This document shows, one piece after another, positions 63,751-64,000 of a stretch of DNA of 64,000 nucleotides. The notes below the pieces were generated by a model, which saw only the letters and a list, made by a program, of their open reading frames with translations, was not told the origin of the DNA and ran no database searches. Position 1 is the stretch's first letter, and every line of letters begins with the position of its first letter. The position numbers and the translations under genes were made by a program. Source of the DNA: an uncultured Candidatus Saccharibacteria bacterium (GTDB taxonomy: Bacteria > Patescibacteriota > Saccharimonadia > Saccharimonadales > 2-12-FULL-41-12); assembly GCA_964521095.1 (NCBI GenBank), contig CAZFPJ010000002.1:85108-149107 (forward strand), given 5' to 3'.

Positions 63751-64000
63751 TTAGAATAAATAAAATGGCGGTACCGCTAAAGCTCCTAGGATGTATGCGC
63801 CTATCGCTACACCAATAGTGTCAAATACAATATCCGAAAGAGAGTTGCGTAGGGATTCGTGACCAAACGATATCCCAAACCTAGCCAGAATAGGAGACAG
63901 TACAAAGATCTCTATAGGCTCCCAAAGCACCATTATAGTCAGAGCCACAAAGGGGTTCATAACCCATCCAAGTAGAATGCCCCACGATAGATGCGTTAAG
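63751..64000 (-). CDS. hypothetical membrane protein, possibly 5'-truncated by the window edge
   Basis: The frame stays open upstream of Met 63960 to the end of the window. The sequence is hydrophobic. Confidence 0.4.
   Translation of the reverse strand, partial: LTHLSWGILLGWVMNPFVALTIMVLWEPIEIFVLSPILARFGISFGHESLRNSLSDIVFDTIGVAIGAYILGALAVPPFYLF

Noticed and set aside
1-64000. Prophage, integrase, transposase, toxin-antitoxin or known defence-system genes
   Set aside because: None of the translated ORFs shows recombinase, capsid, terminase, transposase, Cas, restriction-modification or known defence-system motifs. The only mobility-like signal is the set of non-coding tRNA-end duplications.

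Overview
Gene-dense 64-kb chromosomal segment with about 70 CDS and 9 tRNA genes. I saw no rRNA, CRISPR array, transposase ORF or integrase ORF. Most of it is housekeeping: tilS-ftsH-murJ-lepA-gmk, a CIRCE-controlled hrcA-grpE-dnaK-dnaJ cluster, yebC-ruvCAB, recA-recX, tsaE-tsaB, rny, glyA, murA and murB. There is also a type IV pilus cluster (pilB-pilC-pilA, pilM-pilN-pilO, no secretin), ComEC, RimK, two ABC systems, and many small lineage-specific membrane or acidic proteins. One 2045-aa surface protein is co-oriented with a MacB/FtsX-type ABC pair. Tight packing, ATGA overlaps, the monoderm-style pilus set and the many orphan membrane proteins suggest a small-genome, CPR/Patescibacteria (Saccharimonadia-like) organism. 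That placement is inference only. The most unusual signal is non-coding. Four tRNA genes (Met-CAU, Lys-UUU, Arg-UCU, Lys-CUU) are each followed by one or two ~160-190-nt modules. Each module ends in an exact 18-22-nt copy of that tRNA's own 3' end, running from the T-loop through CCA. The modules fall into at least two sequence families shared between different tRNAs, and their hairpins show compensatory base changes. I read them as miniature tRNA-targeting integrative elements and/or a structured RNA family. Other points worth a second look: a ~14-blade propeller nested inside a LamG domain of the giant protein; an XRE-HTH::MurA fusion with a promoter-overlapping palindrome; a membrane-anchored Hsp100/Clp-like ATPase with a DN Walker B in its first AAA+ module (D1); orphan genes embedded in the Hsp70 operon; and a tandem pair of hyper-acidic paralogs sharing a ~95%-identical core.
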